From assembly GCA_031396065.1 (NCBI GenBank), contig JANNJZ010000418.1:9030-73029 (forward strand): a stretch of 64,000 nucleotides of DNA. The letters are read 5' to 3'. Shown here in pieces: positions 34,892-46,066 of this stretch (its first letter is position 1; every line of letters begins with the position of its first letter). The translations under genes and the position numbers were made by a program. The notes under the pieces were generated by a model. The model had not been told where the DNA came from and ran no database searches. It saw only the letters and a list, made by a program, of their open reading frames with translations. The stretch comes from Pyrinomonadaceae bacterium (GTDB lineage: Bacteria > Acidobacteriota > Blastocatellia > Pyrinomonadales > Pyrinomonadaceae).

Positions 34892-37477
34892 ATGGCAGGC
34901 ATCGACCGCATCGAAACCTTGCGCCAGCGCGACGATATCGTCGGGCTGGACTTTGTTTTCGTCAGGGCCAATCAAACGACGCTTTTTGTTTTCTTTCATC
35001 CGTCGGCAAGCGCGACGGCGGACGCGATTCTGGGCCCGATTCAGCCAACTCAAATCAAGATCTACAGCCCATCAGGTGGTGAATCGCTGGCTAACGTTCT
35101 TCTGAATCCTGATCAGCCGCCGGCCTGGGTAACGCGCTCGAACCGAACGGTCTTGCGCGTTGATACGGCGCAGCCAGGCGATTTTTCCCGATACAGATTT
35201 CAGCTCAATCACGACCGAGTAGATCCCTATTTCCGAGAAGTTGATTTCAGTTTCAAAGCAAATTGCGAAAGCCAGCTTGACTGTGCGGAGCCGCCCCACG
35301 AGTGTCCGGCAGACGAGCTCGTTGATTATCCCGTCAACTACCAGGCTCGGGACTTCTGGAGTATTCGTCAGGCGCTGCTCGACTTTGCGTCAGAGCGCCA
35401 CCCCGATTGGAAGGACCGCCTCGAAGCTGATCTTGGGATGATGCTGGCCGAGGTGATGAGCGCGCTGGGAGACGAGTTCGCCTACTACCAGGATCGCATC
35501 TCGCGCGAAGCCTATTTTGATTCGGCGACCCAACGTCGGTCGTTGCGACGCCAGGCTCGAATGGTCGACTACGAATTGCACGATGGCAAGGGCGGCACTA
35601 CCTGGCTCGATTTCACGGTCGATAACTCGGCTCCAGTTCATGTCATTTCGGCCGGCACTCCAGTGTGGGCGCCGCCGCCTTCTGACTTACCCGGCGACAC
35701 GCCGGCAAAGCGACGTCCTCGTAGTCCCTCAATCTACGAAGTCGGGAATGGGATCGTGCAGGGACACAACGGTTTGACCGCGTCACTGGGCGTGGCGCAT
35801 GCCTACGAAAAAATCTATCGCAGCCCGGACTTCAATTTGCGCAACGGCGCCAATCGGATGCCGGCGTATCAATGGGACGAAAATGAGACTTGCCTGCCGG
35901 TCGGCTCGATATCCCTGCACGTCACCGGCCATCGGTTCGGAGCCCTACCACTCGAAGACTTCACTAATCCTGACGTTCCGGGCAAGTGGGTGGTGCTGCA
36001 AACGAATCCGAGAGACGCCGGCGTGCAGGCGCGAACCTGGCGGGTCCGACTGATTGAGGTGGACGACGAGGGAGCAACCTTAACCGATCCTCTCACTGGC
36101 ACCGACATCACCAAACTCGAGTGGGAAGCAGCGCAAGCTACGCCCTTTGAAATGGAACTTGAAACGCTGGTCGTTCGCGGCAACATCGTGCCCGCCACCG
36201 CCGGGCAGACACTCGAGGCATTCTTTCAGATCGAACCAATTCCCGATGCGACGACTCTACCGTCGCCGCCACCCGCCCCTCTGCCGGCCTCCAACGAATT
36301 TTTCAACGATAACTTCTCCGGGTACGCTATCGAAAGATCATCACTCCTCTTCACCCTGCCAGGTTCCGAGCAGCGCGACGTTGTTTCGCATGGTCCGGAC
36401 GCCAGGCACGCAGCGCCTGAAGTCCGTGTCTTGCGCGGAGATCGCGCCGCAAATGCGTGGCCCGATGAGTGGGAATGGAAACGATCGTTGATGGGCATAG
36501 GGTCTTCGCTACCGAGTGACACGCACTTCACGCTCGATGATGGTTCATGGCGCCGGGTCGCTTCCTACCGCCGCGTTGATGAGAACGGCACACCACAGCA
36601 GTTCTTCCATTTCGATTATGCCGGCGGCCGTGGCACAACCGTTCGTTTTGGAAACGGACAGTTCGGTCAGGTCCCCAATCGCGGCTCTGATTTTCGAGCA
36701 GTTTACCGGCTCGGAAGCGGGCGCGCAGACAATGTCGCGGCGGACTCTCTCTCGGAACTCGATACCGCCGCGTTTCCTTTTGCGACCGCAGTTACGAATC
36801 CATTTGGAGTCGAAGATGCGGTTGAGCCGGAAACACTCGACGAGGCGCGCCACTTCGCCCCCGATGCCTTTCGCGCCGAAACATTCCGGGCGGTGCGCGC
36901 CGAGGACTACATCGCCGCCGTTAACAAGCTGGATTGGGTACAACGCGCCGGCGCGCAATTCCGCTGGACGGGAAGCTGGTTGACTGTGTTTGCCACTCCG
37001 GACCCAAAAAAGAGTTTTGCGACCACCGCAGAGCAACGCCGGGACCTGGAGCGGCAGCTCGATCGATATCGCCTCGCGGGACGCGAAGCGCACGGTATGG
37101 CTCCCCGATTTGTTAATCTCGATCTCGAAATTCATGTCTGCGTTGCGCCGGCTTCATACATCGGCGAAGTCAAAAACGCCATCCTGAAAGCGCTGTTCGG
37201 CCGGCGCGGCATTCGACTGGAACCCGGCTTCTTTTCACCTGACAGATGGACTTTCGGAGACTCGCTCGAGCGAGCCCGGCTCGAAGCGGTCATTCAGAGC
37301 GTGCCGGGCGTGCGGGCGGTTGAGCAAATCTACATTCGACGCCGAGGGTGGTTTGCCCAACGACTCTTCAACGAACTGGTTTATCGCGTCGCCGCGAATG
37401 AAATCATTCGTGTCGAGAACAATTTCGAATTACCCGAGCGAGGCGCCGTTCGGCTTGAATTGGAGGGTGGTGCATGA
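34892..37477 (+). CDS. Baseplate J / gp6-like protein (Cis11)
   Basis: NYQARDFWSIRQALLDFASERHPDWKDRLEADLGMMLAEVMSALGDEFAYYQDRISREAYFDSATQRRSLRRQARMVDY is typical of baseplate J-like proteins. Confidence 0.8.
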   Translation: MAGIDRIETLRQRDDIVGLDFVFVRANQTTLFVFFHPSASATADAILGPIQPTQIKIYSPSGGESLANVLLNPDQPPAWVTRSNRTVLRVDTAQPGDFSRYRFQLNHDRVDPYFREVDFSFKANCESQLDCAEPPHECPADELVDYPVNYQARDFWSIRQALLDFASERHPDWKDRLEADLGMMLAEVMSALGDEFAYYQDRISREAYFDSATQRRSLRRQARMVDYELHDGKGGTTWLDFTVDNSAPVHVISAGTPVWAPPPSDLPGDTPAKRRPRSPSIYEVGNGIVQGHNGLTASLGVAHAYEKIYRSPDFNLRNGANRMPAYQWDENETCLPVGSISLHVTGHRFGALPLEDFTNPDVPGKWVVLQTNPRDAGVQARTWRVRLIEVDDEGATLTDPLTGTDITKLEWEAAQATPFEMELETLVVRGNIVPATAGQTLEAFFQIEPIPDATTLPSPPPAPLPASNEFFNDNFSGYAIERSSLLFTLPGSEQRDVVSHGPDARHAAPEVRVLRGDRAANAWPDEWEWKRSLMGIGSSLPSDTHFTLDDGSWRRVASYRRVDENGTPQQFFHFDYAGGRGTTVRFGNGQFGQVPNRGSDFRAVYRLGSGRADNVAADSLSELDTAAFPFATAVTNPFGVEDAVEPETLDEARHFAPDAFRAETFRAVRAEDYIAAVNKLDWVQRAGAQFRWTGSWLTVFATPDPKKSFATTAEQRRDLERQLDRYRLAGREAHGMAPRFVNLDLEIHVCVAPASYIGEVKNAILKALFGRRGIRLEPGFFSPDRWTFGDSLERARLEAVIQSVPGVRAVEQIYIRRRGWFAQRLFNELVYRVAANEIIRVENNFELPERGAVRLELEGGA

Positions 37478-39873
37478 ATTGTAAGTGCGACAAATTCCAA
37501 TTTCCTTTGCCCATGTCGATCGCGGCGGGATTGACGCGGCTGCTGCGCCAGACTGGGACGTTTCCCGATTTTCGCCGGGCCTTGCTCCACGCTGCCTCGG
37601 TTCCCCACGGGACGGCTCTGGAAGAAGATCCGGTGTGGTCGAAGCGTTACCTGTTGGAACGCGATCGCGACAGCTTGAAGAAGTCACTCGACGCCATCGG
37701 CCGTTGGCGCGGACGTCATCCCCAGGACTTTGGAATCATGCTGTTCGAGCTGTGGGCCTACGTCTGTGATCTGACTTCGTTTTACGACGAGGTAATCGCA
37801 AATGAAACTTACGTGCGGACCGCGAGCCGCCGGGATTCCCTCCGGAGACTGATCGCCCCGCTGGGATACATTCCGCGTCCCGCGGTCGCCGCCCTGGCAG
37901 AACTTGTCGGGTTTGCGGAGGGACGTCAAGTCGTCACGCTGCCCGTCGGAACTGCTTTTCGATCCGGCGCTTTCAAGGGAAATCCTCCGCAGGTATTCGA
38001 AGTTACTTCAGAAACCACGATTCATCCGCTGCTCAACGAATGGTCTTTGTTGCCGATCAGACAGCGATTCTTTTTGCCCCAGCCATTTCTCTTGTGCCGG
38101 CCGGGCACAGTGAACGTCAAAGTCAACGAACTCGTGGTCGTGTCAGTTGGCTCTGCACCGCAACTGCGACGCGTCACGCAGGTCACCGACTATGTCGGCC
38201 TGTCGGGTGAGAACTATGTTCGGGTGAGCGTAGATGATCCTTTGCGAATTCCCCTTGGCACGCTTTACAGCACAATTCGGTTGCTGAAGGCTTCCGCCAT
38301 CGCTTCGCCATGGATGTTGAGCGTCGCGTCTGAAACGTCCATCGACGGTAACAGCATCTATCTCGACTCGGTAAATCGGCAAATCCGAAGGGACGAACTT
38401 GTTATTTTGGACAGCGGGCGCCCATGGGTGCGGACTGTACTGCGCAACCTGGACGCCACCCGTACGGTGAGAGCTGAAGTACCAGCGCCGAGTGGCTCAA
38501 CCACAATCGCGCCCGTCCCCGCAGTCACCGCGATCGTTTCGAAGGTCACCTTCACAGAACCAATCCCTTCCGAGATTGTTGCTGCTGCGCCACAAATTAA
38601 TGTGCACTACGGCTTCGTGGACGCCGGAATCGTGGTCGCTGAAGCCATGGGTGTGATCAACCAGCATGATGTACTAAGCGTCCGCGCACCCATTGAATCA
38701 CCGCGCGATAGCTCTCCGCCGGGAAGTTTTCAACTCGAGGACAAAAATAATGTAGGCCTGGCCCGGCCGGGGACTCTTAACTTCGCGAGCGGAGCATTTA
38801 CGGTGCAGGGTAACCCATGGCCCGAAGGTCTGGTCACGCCAGTAAAGCTTTTCGGCAATGTGATTGCCGCATCTCGCGGAGAAACCGTGGTCGGCGAGAT
38901 GCTTGGTTCGGGCGATGGGACAATCGCCAATCAAAGCTTTATGCTGAAAAAGAGTCCGCTGACCTATCTTCCGGCGCCCTCAGCAACAACTCCATCCGGA
39001 CTTACGAGCTCGCTGAAGGTTTATGTTGACGGCCTGCAATGGACCGAGGTGCCTGGTTTCTATGGCCGTAACAGTCAGGACGAAGTCTATACCGTCAGGG
39101 AAAACGACAAGAACCAGAGCGTGGTGACTTTTGGCGATGGGGTCACCGGTCGACGTTTGAGCAGCGGCGCACAGGTAACGGCCGAATATCGCCACGGTGG
39201 CGGCGCGGCGATGCCTCCTGCTGGATCGATTACGCAGATCGCAAAACCTGTCAAAGGCCTAAAAAGCGTACGCAGTCCGGTAGCAGTCTACGGGGGAGCT
39301 GATGCCGAGCCAGGGAGCAGTTTGCAAAAGTTCGCTCCGCGATCGGCACTGTTGCTCGGCCGTGCGGTGTCGTTGGCGGATCTCGAGGCTGCGGCGGCGA
39401 GCTACTCCGGTGTGCGCGCGGTGGCCGCAGACTGGCGCTGGAGTTCGAGACTGCAACTTCCGGCCGCGCACGTTTGGTATCTAGCCGACGGAGATCTGAC
39501 GGAACTACTACTCAACCGGCTGAGAACTCTGACGCAGCCGGATACGATAGTTCAGGTCGAACCGGCTACGGCGTTCCATCGAATGCTCTTCATAGAAGTA
39601 ACTGTCGATCCGAAGCGTCTACAGGGCGACGTCCTTTCGGCGACGCGGCTGGCGCTGATGGACGCCGAATCCGGTCTACTGCCACCCGAACGTCTCGGCA
39701 TCGGCAAGCCTCTATTCCGCAGCCGGCTCTTTGAGTTCCTGGTGAATGTTCCCGGCGTTGACTCGGTAACCGGACTGAACGTCGATTATAGCCCGTTCTC
39801 TTCAGTCGGGATAAAGCCGCCCCCGGGGCGCTATTTCGAATTCGAACTCTTTTTGAATGGAAGGAGCGAATAA
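37474..39873 (+). CDS. Second baseplate J-like protein
   Basis: DFGIMLFELWAYVCDLTSFYDEVIANETYVRTASRRDSLRRLIAPLGY repeats the same motif class. There is an ATGA overlap with the upstream gene. Confidence 0.75.
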   Translation: MNCKCDKFQFPLPMSIAAGLTRLLRQTGTFPDFRRALLHAASVPHGTALEEDPVWSKRYLLERDRDSLKKSLDAIGRWRGRHPQDFGIMLFELWAYVCDLTSFYDEVIANETYVRTASRRDSLRRLIAPLGYIPRPAVAALAELVGFAEGRQVVTLPVGTAFRSGAFKGNPPQVFEVTSETTIHPLLNEWSLLPIRQRFFLPQPFLLCRPGTVNVKVNELVVVSVGSAPQLRRVTQVTDYVGLSGENYVRVSVDDPLRIPLGTLYSTIRLLKASAIASPWMLSVASETSIDGNSIYLDSVNRQIRRDELVILDSGRPWVRTVLRNLDATRTVRAEVPAPSGSTTIAPVPAVTAIVSKVTFTEPIPSEIVAAAPQINVHYGFVDAGIVVAEAMGVINQHDVLSVRAPIESPRDSSPPGSFQLEDKNNVGLARPGTLNFASGAFTVQGNPWPEGLVTPVKLFGNVIAASRGETVVGEMLGSGDGTIANQSFMLKKSPLTYLPAPSATTPSGLTSSLKVYVDGLQWTEVPGFYGRNSQDEVYTVRENDKNQSVVTFGDGVTGRRLSSGAQVTAEYRHGGGAAMPPAGSITQIAKPVKGLKSVRSPVAVYGGADAEPGSSLQKFAPRSALLLGRAVSLADLEAAAASYSGVRAVAADWRWSSRLQLPAAHVWYLADGDLTELLLNRLRTLTQPDTIVQVEPATAFHRMLFIEVTVDPKRLQGDVLSATRLALMDAESGLLPPERLGIGKPLFRSRLFEFLVNVPGVDSVTGLNVDYSPFSSVGIKPPPGRYFEFELFLNGRSE

Positions 39874-42290
39874 TGGCCGAACTAATTCACGATCATTTCG
39901 ACCGTTACTTCGCAGAGAAAATCTGGGCGCTAATTCCTGAGCATTATCGCGAACAGGATCTATTGGCAGAACCGCCGGGCGTGCTGCGCGGATTTGTCGA
40001 AGTGCTGGCGCAACAGGCAGCTACTTTGCGACGGAGCAATGATCTTCTCTGGGACGATCAGTTTATCGATCTTTGTTCAGAGTGGGCTATCCCTTATCTC
40101 GGTGAACTCGTCGCGACTCGTCCCGTGTCGGCGCTCAACCCGCGGGGACGCCGCGTAGATGTGGCTAAGACGATCTACTACCGTCGCAGCGCGGGCACAC
40201 CACGCATTCTTGAAGAACTCATCGCCGACATTACCGGTTGGGAAGGCAAAGTCGTCGAAGAATTTCAGCGGCTCGGCCGAATGCGTCATGGCCTGGATCC
40301 AAAGCCGCAGTCGCTGGCGGGCTCTTTGACCAGAACGCTGCCAGGTGGTTGGGCCGATTTACATAGCACTTATGGATCGTCACTAGCAGGCACTCCTTTT
40401 GACGAATTTCATTACACACCTGATGTCAGGCGCCCCCGAGGCCGCGACGGCCGATACAGCATCGCAAAACTCGGCTTCCACCTTTATAGTCTGATGTCGA
40501 CGAGGATTGACGACATTACCCCTCGGCCGGGTCCGTCCGCGGGAACCTTTATCTTCGATCCGTCGGGCCGCAACATTCCGTTGTTCATTCGCAGACATCG
40601 CCTGGATGATCGTCAGCGCTTGAGCGCGTCGCGGTGGCAGGACTGGATATCGGCGAAGGAATGGGAAGTGCCCTCCGAAATGCGCTGCCGCGTGCTTAAC
40701 CACGCCGAGTTTCAGATCACTGAGCAGGTGCTGGAGAGACTAAATCCGCTGCTCACCAACCCGCCCGTTTCACTCTCCGCTGCGGATGCGGACATCGTTC
40801 TCGGCTTTCTGCGCAGGTTCCGCGCACAACGAATATCCAACGAGCCGCGACTGTTCCAAATTTCTGAAGCGTTAGCGCCGGCGTTGCGCCCTGCTATCCG
40901 GAATCCCATTGTCTGGAATGAACTGCTTCGGTCCAGCCTGGTCGATGAATGCGGTAAACGAGCACTCCTGCCTAATGGTGTCTATCGCGGGAACACCAGC
41001 CCGACTTCCACTGAAGAGGACACGACGGACGCGTCCGTCGTGGTCAAAGTAGATCGCCCGGACTTGACTCGATTCGTTCCGGTCGCTCGGGAACTAGTCG
41101 TGGCAGGTGATTTGGATAATTGGACAACTAACATTGCCGGTGTCGCCAAGGATTGGATCATCGATCCCCGACGCGGCCGATTGATTTGGACCGGCGCGGG
41201 CGCCGCCCCGCAACCTCTCGTCTCGCATTACCAGGGATTCTCAGCGCGAATTGGTGCTGGAGGATACGATCGTGCAGCTACGCTGAGTGGCACGGTCACT
41301 CTCCCTGTCATCAGCGGCGGCGGGACTATCCAAACGACAGTTTCAGGCGGCGCCAACTTTTTCCGACCCGGCCCTTTTCCGCTGATGCCCGACTCTGTCG
41401 CGCAGATCACTGAAATTGCCGACTCAGCAACTTACTCACCAATCGCCAATCGCAATCAGATCACGCGGGCGGAGCTGCGCGCGGCCAATCGTAAGCGGCC
41501 TTATCTTCGTTTGACGCGTCACTGGAACTTAAACACGTCGGCAAATCGGGAATCAAAACTGACTCTCGACGGTCTATGGGTCGGCGCCGACGACCGTTTC
41601 TCGATTCGCCTGAGAGGTGATTTTGAGTTGGTTACACTGCGAAACATGACCGTCGACCCCGGCGGGACAGATGCAGCCGGCAATCCTATTCACCCGGTTA
41701 CCGTGAGTGTCCGAGGGAACGTTGAAAAGCTCGTGATCGAAAACTCGATCGTGGGCGGCATTCGCGTCAGGGGACGCGGCGAGCTTACCGAGCTTGAAAT
41801 TCGTGACTCGATTGTTGATGGCCAGCAATTGTTGAGGGCCGTTATTTCAGTTCCGGCGGGTCGCGTCACGTTGCGGCGAGTAACCGTCTTTGGGCGCCTC
41901 GTGGCGGAAGAGCTCAACGCATCCGAGGCGTTGATCACGGGATTCACCAGGGTGACAAACACCCAGAAGGGTTGCTTCCGCTTCAGCGCGGTACTCGAGC
42001 GAAGTGACCCGCTCGATCCGGCTTCTGCACACAGCCGCGTGCCACATCCTTACGAATCCTACTTCGTGAAAGACTTCAGCACGGTGTTTACCTCCAAAAT
42101 CTTCGGCCAGCCGGGATACTCACAACTTGCCGCCAGTGCGCCCGAGTTCCTGCTTCGCGGTGCTGAGAATGGATCCGAGATCGGAGCCTTCAGTGGTTTG
42201 GGGAATCCCATCAAGTTGGACAGCCTGCGGGCAAAAGTCGAGGAGTTTGCCCCGTTCGGCCTTTTGCCAGTGTATGTTTTCGAAAACTGA
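39873..42290 (+). CDS. Baseplate/tail protein, P2 gpI-like (Cis12)
   Basis: LRGFVEVLAQQAATLRRSNDLLWDDQFIDLCSEWAIPYLGELV is a gpI-like N-terminal motif. It overlaps the upstream stop by 1 nt. Confidence 0.7.
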   Translation: MAELIHDHFDRYFAEKIWALIPEHYREQDLLAEPPGVLRGFVEVLAQQAATLRRSNDLLWDDQFIDLCSEWAIPYLGELVATRPVSALNPRGRRVDVAKTIYYRRSAGTPRILEELIADITGWEGKVVEEFQRLGRMRHGLDPKPQSLAGSLTRTLPGGWADLHSTYGSSLAGTPFDEFHYTPDVRRPRGRDGRYSIAKLGFHLYSLMSTRIDDITPRPGPSAGTFIFDPSGRNIPLFIRRHRLDDRQRLSASRWQDWISAKEWEVPSEMRCRVLNHAEFQITEQVLERLNPLLTNPPVSLSAADADIVLGFLRRFRAQRISNEPRLFQISEALAPALRPAIRNPIVWNELLRSSLVDECGKRALLPNGVYRGNTSPTSTEEDTTDASVVVKVDRPDLTRFVPVARELVVAGDLDNWTTNIAGVAKDWIIDPRRGRLIWTGAGAAPQPLVSHYQGFSARIGAGGYDRAATLSGTVTLPVISGGGTIQTTVSGGANFFRPGPFPLMPDSVAQITEIADSATYSPIANRNQITRAELRAANRKRPYLRLTRHWNLNTSANRESKLTLDGLWVGADDRFSIRLRGDFELVTLRNMTVDPGGTDAAGNPIHPVTVSVRGNVEKLVIENSIVGGIRVRGRGELTELEIRDSIVDGQQLLRAVISVPAGRVTLRRVTVFGRLVAEELNASEALITGFTRVTNTQKGCFRFSAVLERSDPLDPASAHSRVPHPYESYFVKDFSTVFTSKIFGQPGYSQLAASAPEFLLRGAENGSEIGAFSGLGNPIKLDSLRAKVEEFAPFGLLPVYVFEN

Positions 42291-42302
42291 TTCGAGGTCC
42301 TT

Positions 42303-45300
42303 ATGCCTAACATCGACATTTCCCGCGACGCCACTGAGCCACGCAAACACTACGACCGGGTGCAGATGCAGCAGGGGCGGGTGCTCACTGATGACGACTT
42401 CAACGAAGCTGAACGGCTGGATGCGGAGGACGCGCGTCGAGTTCGCGTTGATGTGATCGGCCCGGCCGGAAGTCCGGACGATGGATTCAAACTAAAAGTG
42501 CCCGCCGGCGGTTCCCTGACCTTAAGCGCCGGTACCTTTTACGTTGGCGGCTTGCGCGTTGAGCTTGAAAGTGATGAAGCCTTCGCTCTGCAAAAAGACT
42601 GGCTGCAACAAGGTTCAGCTTTGGGCGAGACGCTTGCGCCGCCCGCGGGCGAACGCTTTGACTTTGTCTGGCTCGACGTCTGGCAGCAACCCGTCTCGGC
42701 AGTTGAAGACAAGGAATTGATCGAAGAGGCGCTGGGCGGCGCGGATACTTCCGCACGTATTCGCACCATGCGGCGCGCGAGAGTTTTGCCGGATGTGGGC
42801 AACGTCGACTGTGCCGCCGCATGGGCGCGATTGCTGACTTCCCTGAGTTCGGAGGGCACGATTCAGAGTGATTTCGAATTAGTGCCAAACTCGAGCTTGA
42901 TGATCGAACCGGACGGATCGACGGATGACAGTGATCTTTGCTCACCGTCTGTAAACGGCGGTTATCTGGGCGCCGAGAATCAGGCGATTCGAGTCCAAAT
43001 AATAGACTCCACTCATTTCACCTGGGGATTCGACAACGCTGCGCCGCTGTACCGCGTGAAACTTCTCGCCGACAGCGGGGGCGCATTGCGGCGACTCTAT
43101 ATGCTGACAGTTCCGAAGGATCAAGCCCACTATCCACTGGAAGGACAAGTTGTCGAGCTCTTGCCATGGTCCGCCCTGCTTTCAAACGGACAAAAAACCG
43201 CGGAGATGTCTGGCTTGCTGTCAACAGTGCGGGGCGGTTATAACCCGGATTCCCAGGAGCTGATCATCGATGCTGTTCCGGCAACGTTCGGCCGCCAATG
43301 GAACTCTCGCTCCGACCAGGCGACCATCAGCAATGAAACTCCGCCCGAGGATGAATACTTCTACATGCGTGTCTGGAACCGAGGCGGCGACACTACTTCG
43401 CCTGCGGCGTTGCCCTTCACCGCCGGTACCCCGGTGCCGCTAACCGGTAGTGGTTTACGTGTAACCTTCACGGGAACGAACTTCTCTCGTAACGATCATT
43501 GGATCATCGCGGTTAGGCCCGAAACACCCGATAGGTTTGTCCCCTGGGAATTCAGCACTGGCCGGCGGCCGCATGGTGTGCACCGTTGGATCGCACCGCT
43601 GGGAATCATTCGCTGGTCAGGCGGGACAGTAACGGTTAGGGACGACTGTCGGCCCACGTTTCTCCCGCTCACACGCCTTAAGGGTTGCTGCACCTACACC
43701 GTCGGCGACGGCAGTCACAGCTTTGGAAATTTCAGTTCAATCCAAGTTGCGCTGGCGGCGTTACCCCGTGAGGGAGGACAAATCTGCGTGCTGCCCGGGA
43801 GGTATCGGGAAAACGTTGTCGTTCAGGGAGTAAATATCAAGATCCACGGTTGCGGAAAACGAAGTCGGGTTGAAGCAGGCACGCCGGCCGGCGGCGCGGC
43901 GGCCCAGGCGGTCTTTACGATTCAAGCTTCCCAGAATATTGTCATCGAGAATCTCGCCGTGATCGCGGCGGCAGATGCTCCGGGTGTGTTAATCGAAAGG
44001 GCGGAAGTTAATTTCGACGTCCGGCTGTCCAATCTCTATGTTGAAGCCGCCAGGCGAAGCGGAATCGAAGTGAGGAACGCCTTCAACCTCACTATCGACA
44101 ACTGCGAAGTCATTATGGCCGATCAGTTCAGCGCCCATCCGGCCGTATTCGTGGCAGCTCTGAACGCTCTAATTGAGCGCAACACATTGTTGGCGCGAGC
44201 GGGTGATGCAACTGACGTCGAAGTAATCTTCGATGATGAGATGGGCACGTTGATAACCATTCCTGCGCCAGTCAATTCGGCGCGCGGTGGTTTGCAAATA
44301 GCCGGACTCAGTGGAGGCTTGCGCATCCGCGACAATCTGATTGCCGGAGGTATCGGCAATGGGATTACGCTCGGCAGTTTTCGCGAGATCGGAGGCGCCG
44401 GCGACGACCGGGACCGTGCCTGGATCATCGGGATTGAATCGGAATGCGAAGGTTGCGAACCCAGTGAGATTATCGTAGTAAATCCGGGCGGCGACGGCGG
44501 TGATGATGGTCCCCGATTCGTTTCGGCAGGTACTCTTTCCGACATTCTGATTCAACAAAATCGCATTTACGGAATGGGACTATGTGGCATCGGAGTGGCC
44601 GGTTTTTTTGATCTCTCTTCCACAGATGAGTTCATTAGTGTGTTAGGTCTCAAGATTCTTCAGAATGAAATAAAGTTTTGCCTCAGACACCCTCTCGCGG
44701 AAGTGCCACCGGATCTGATCGATGTTGCCGGCTTTGGAGGAATCAGTCTTGCGGATGTCGAAAACGTAGTTATCAACGATAACGACATTATCAGGAATGG
44801 GCGCTCAGGGAGCGGAGACCCAATTTGCGGAATCTTCATCCTGCACGGAGAAGGGATCGATATCAACCGCAATCGCATTCTCGACAATGGACCGCAGCGG
44901 GCCCTGGCGCTCGGTGGTACTGACTTCGGTAGTAGCAGCGCACCTCCGAAGGTCGGAAGGCGAGGCGGAATCAATATCGGATACGCGTTAGCGCCGACGT
45001 CGTCATTGTTTCTCGCAGGCGCGCGTTTCAGCGTGACGAATGGGATTCCGGCCGTTCGAATCCATGACAATATCGTCACGACTCCAATCGGCCAGGCACT
45101 CTCGCTCATGGCCCTTGGGGCCGTATCGGTGGAAGGAAATCAATTCACCAGTCGAGGTGTCGTGCACCAGTTTCTTTCACCGTCGTTCTTTGCGACCACG
45201 GTGTTCATTTTCAACCTCGGCATTACGAGCGAAATTCAAACCCTTCCGAAGTTCCTGCACCTGAGTGTTGGAGGAGCAGCCAGCGAAGCTCTTGGTTTTG

Positions 45301-46061
45301 ACACTTCAGATCTCTTTCCTTCGATACCGGATGACTTCCGAATCCTGAACCGGATTGCTGATGGCGATGTGATGTTCGTGGACAATCAAGTTACCCTCGA
45401 TTTACTTGACCCTAACGAACGTGGCATCACTTTTCCAAGCGACTCAATCTCCAGCTTGCTCAACGGACTGGAACTCTCATCAACCCTGATTGTTAGCCTG
45501 GACGACGTTGAATTCAACGGCAATCAATGCGAATGCCTGCTGTCAACTAACCAGGACGGAACCCGGGATTTTATCCTGACTAACGCAGCGCTCGTGGGGT
45601 TCTCGGTGCGGATGGCTGACAATCGCATGAAGGAAGGTATCGTCAATGCGCTTCTATCGGCTGTTACCTTCGGAGGACTGATGAACGCTACCACAAACAA
45701 TCAGGGCACTCATTGCTTCTTCGTGTACAGTCCTGTCTTCAAGCTGGATGCCCGGACATCGATGGGTTGGAGAACAGATGAGGGTAACCGGGTTTTGATC
45801 GCACCGTCCCTGCATAAGACTTGTTCAGTGGAGTGCCTGGATGCCAAGAGGTCGGTGCCCAGGGGTTCAGCATCTGCGAGTCCCCCGGCGGGCACGGGTC
45901 AAGTCCTTTCGAATCAGGGCAGTCTGGGCGTTCCGACTACGGCCACCACGACTTCCGACGACGGGACGTGCATAGTGAAGTGCGAGGCCGACGATCGCTG
46001 TCTCCGATTTGTGCTGGGTCACATGCGCAAAGGGTTTTTCAACATGACGCTAGGAGGATAG
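42303..46061 (+). CDS. Large right-handed beta-helix protein (1252 aa), candidate tail fibre / receptor-binding protein (Cis13 role)
   Basis: The N-terminus HYDRVQMQQGRVLTDDDFNEAERLD resembles what I recall as DUF6519 (unverified). The central region has pectate-lyase-like repeats: NIVIENLAVIAAADAPGVLIE...NLTIDNCEVIMAD...LRIRDNLIAGGIGNGITL. Confidence 0.7.
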   Translation: MPNIDISRDATEPRKHYDRVQMQQGRVLTDDDFNEAERLDAEDARRVRVDVIGPAGSPDDGFKLKVPAGGSLTLSAGTFYVGGLRVELESDEAFALQKDWLQQGSALGETLAPPAGERFDFVWLDVWQQPVSAVEDKELIEEALGGADTSARIRTMRRARVLPDVGNVDCAAAWARLLTSLSSEGTIQSDFELVPNSSLMIEPDGSTDDSDLCSPSVNGGYLGAENQAIRVQIIDSTHFTWGFDNAAPLYRVKLLADSGGALRRLYMLTVPKDQAHYPLEGQVVELLPWSALLSNGQKTAEMSGLLSTVRGGYNPDSQELIIDAVPATFGRQWNSRSDQATISNETPPEDEYFYMRVWNRGGDTTSPAALPFTAGTPVPLTGSGLRVTFTGTNFSRNDHWIIAVRPETPDRFVPWEFSTGRRPHGVHRWIAPLGIIRWSGGTVTVRDDCRPTFLPLTRLKGCCTYTVGDGSHSFGNFSSIQVALAALPREGGQICVLPGRYRENVVVQGVNIKIHGCGKRSRVEAGTPAGGAAAQAVFTIQASQNIVIENLAVIAAADAPGVLIERAEVNFDVRLSNLYVEAARRSGIEVRNAFNLTIDNCEVIMADQFSAHPAVFVAALNALIERNTLLARAGDATDVEVIFDDEMGTLITIPAPVNSARGGLQIAGLSGGLRIRDNLIAGGIGNGITLGSFREIGGAGDDRDRAWIIGIESECEGCEPSEIIVVNPGGDGGDDGPRFVSAGTLSDILIQQNRIYGMGLCGIGVAGFFDLSSTDEFISVLGLKILQNEIKFCLRHPLAEVPPDLIDVAGFGGISLADVENVVINDNDIIRNGRSGSGDPICGIFILHGEGIDINRNRILDNGPQRALALGGTDFGSSSAPPKVGRRGGINIGYALAPTSSLFLAGARFSVTNGIPAVRIHDNIVTTPIGQALSLMALGAVSVEGNQFTSRGVVHQFLSPSFFATTVFIFNLGITSEIQTLPKFLHLSVGGAASEALGFDTSDLFPSIPDDFRILNRIADGDVMFVDNQVTLDLLDPNERGITFPSDSISSLLNGLELSSTLIVSLDDVEFNGNQCECLLSTNQDGTRDFILTNAALVGFSVRMADNRMKEGIVNALLSAVTFGGLMNATTNNQGTHCFFVYSPVFKLDARTSMGWRTDEGNRVLIAPSLHKTCSVECLDAKRSVPRGSASASPPAGTGQVLSNQGSLGVPTTATTTSDDGTCIVKCEADDRCLRFVLGHMRKGFFNMTLGG

Positions 46062-46066
46062 ATGGA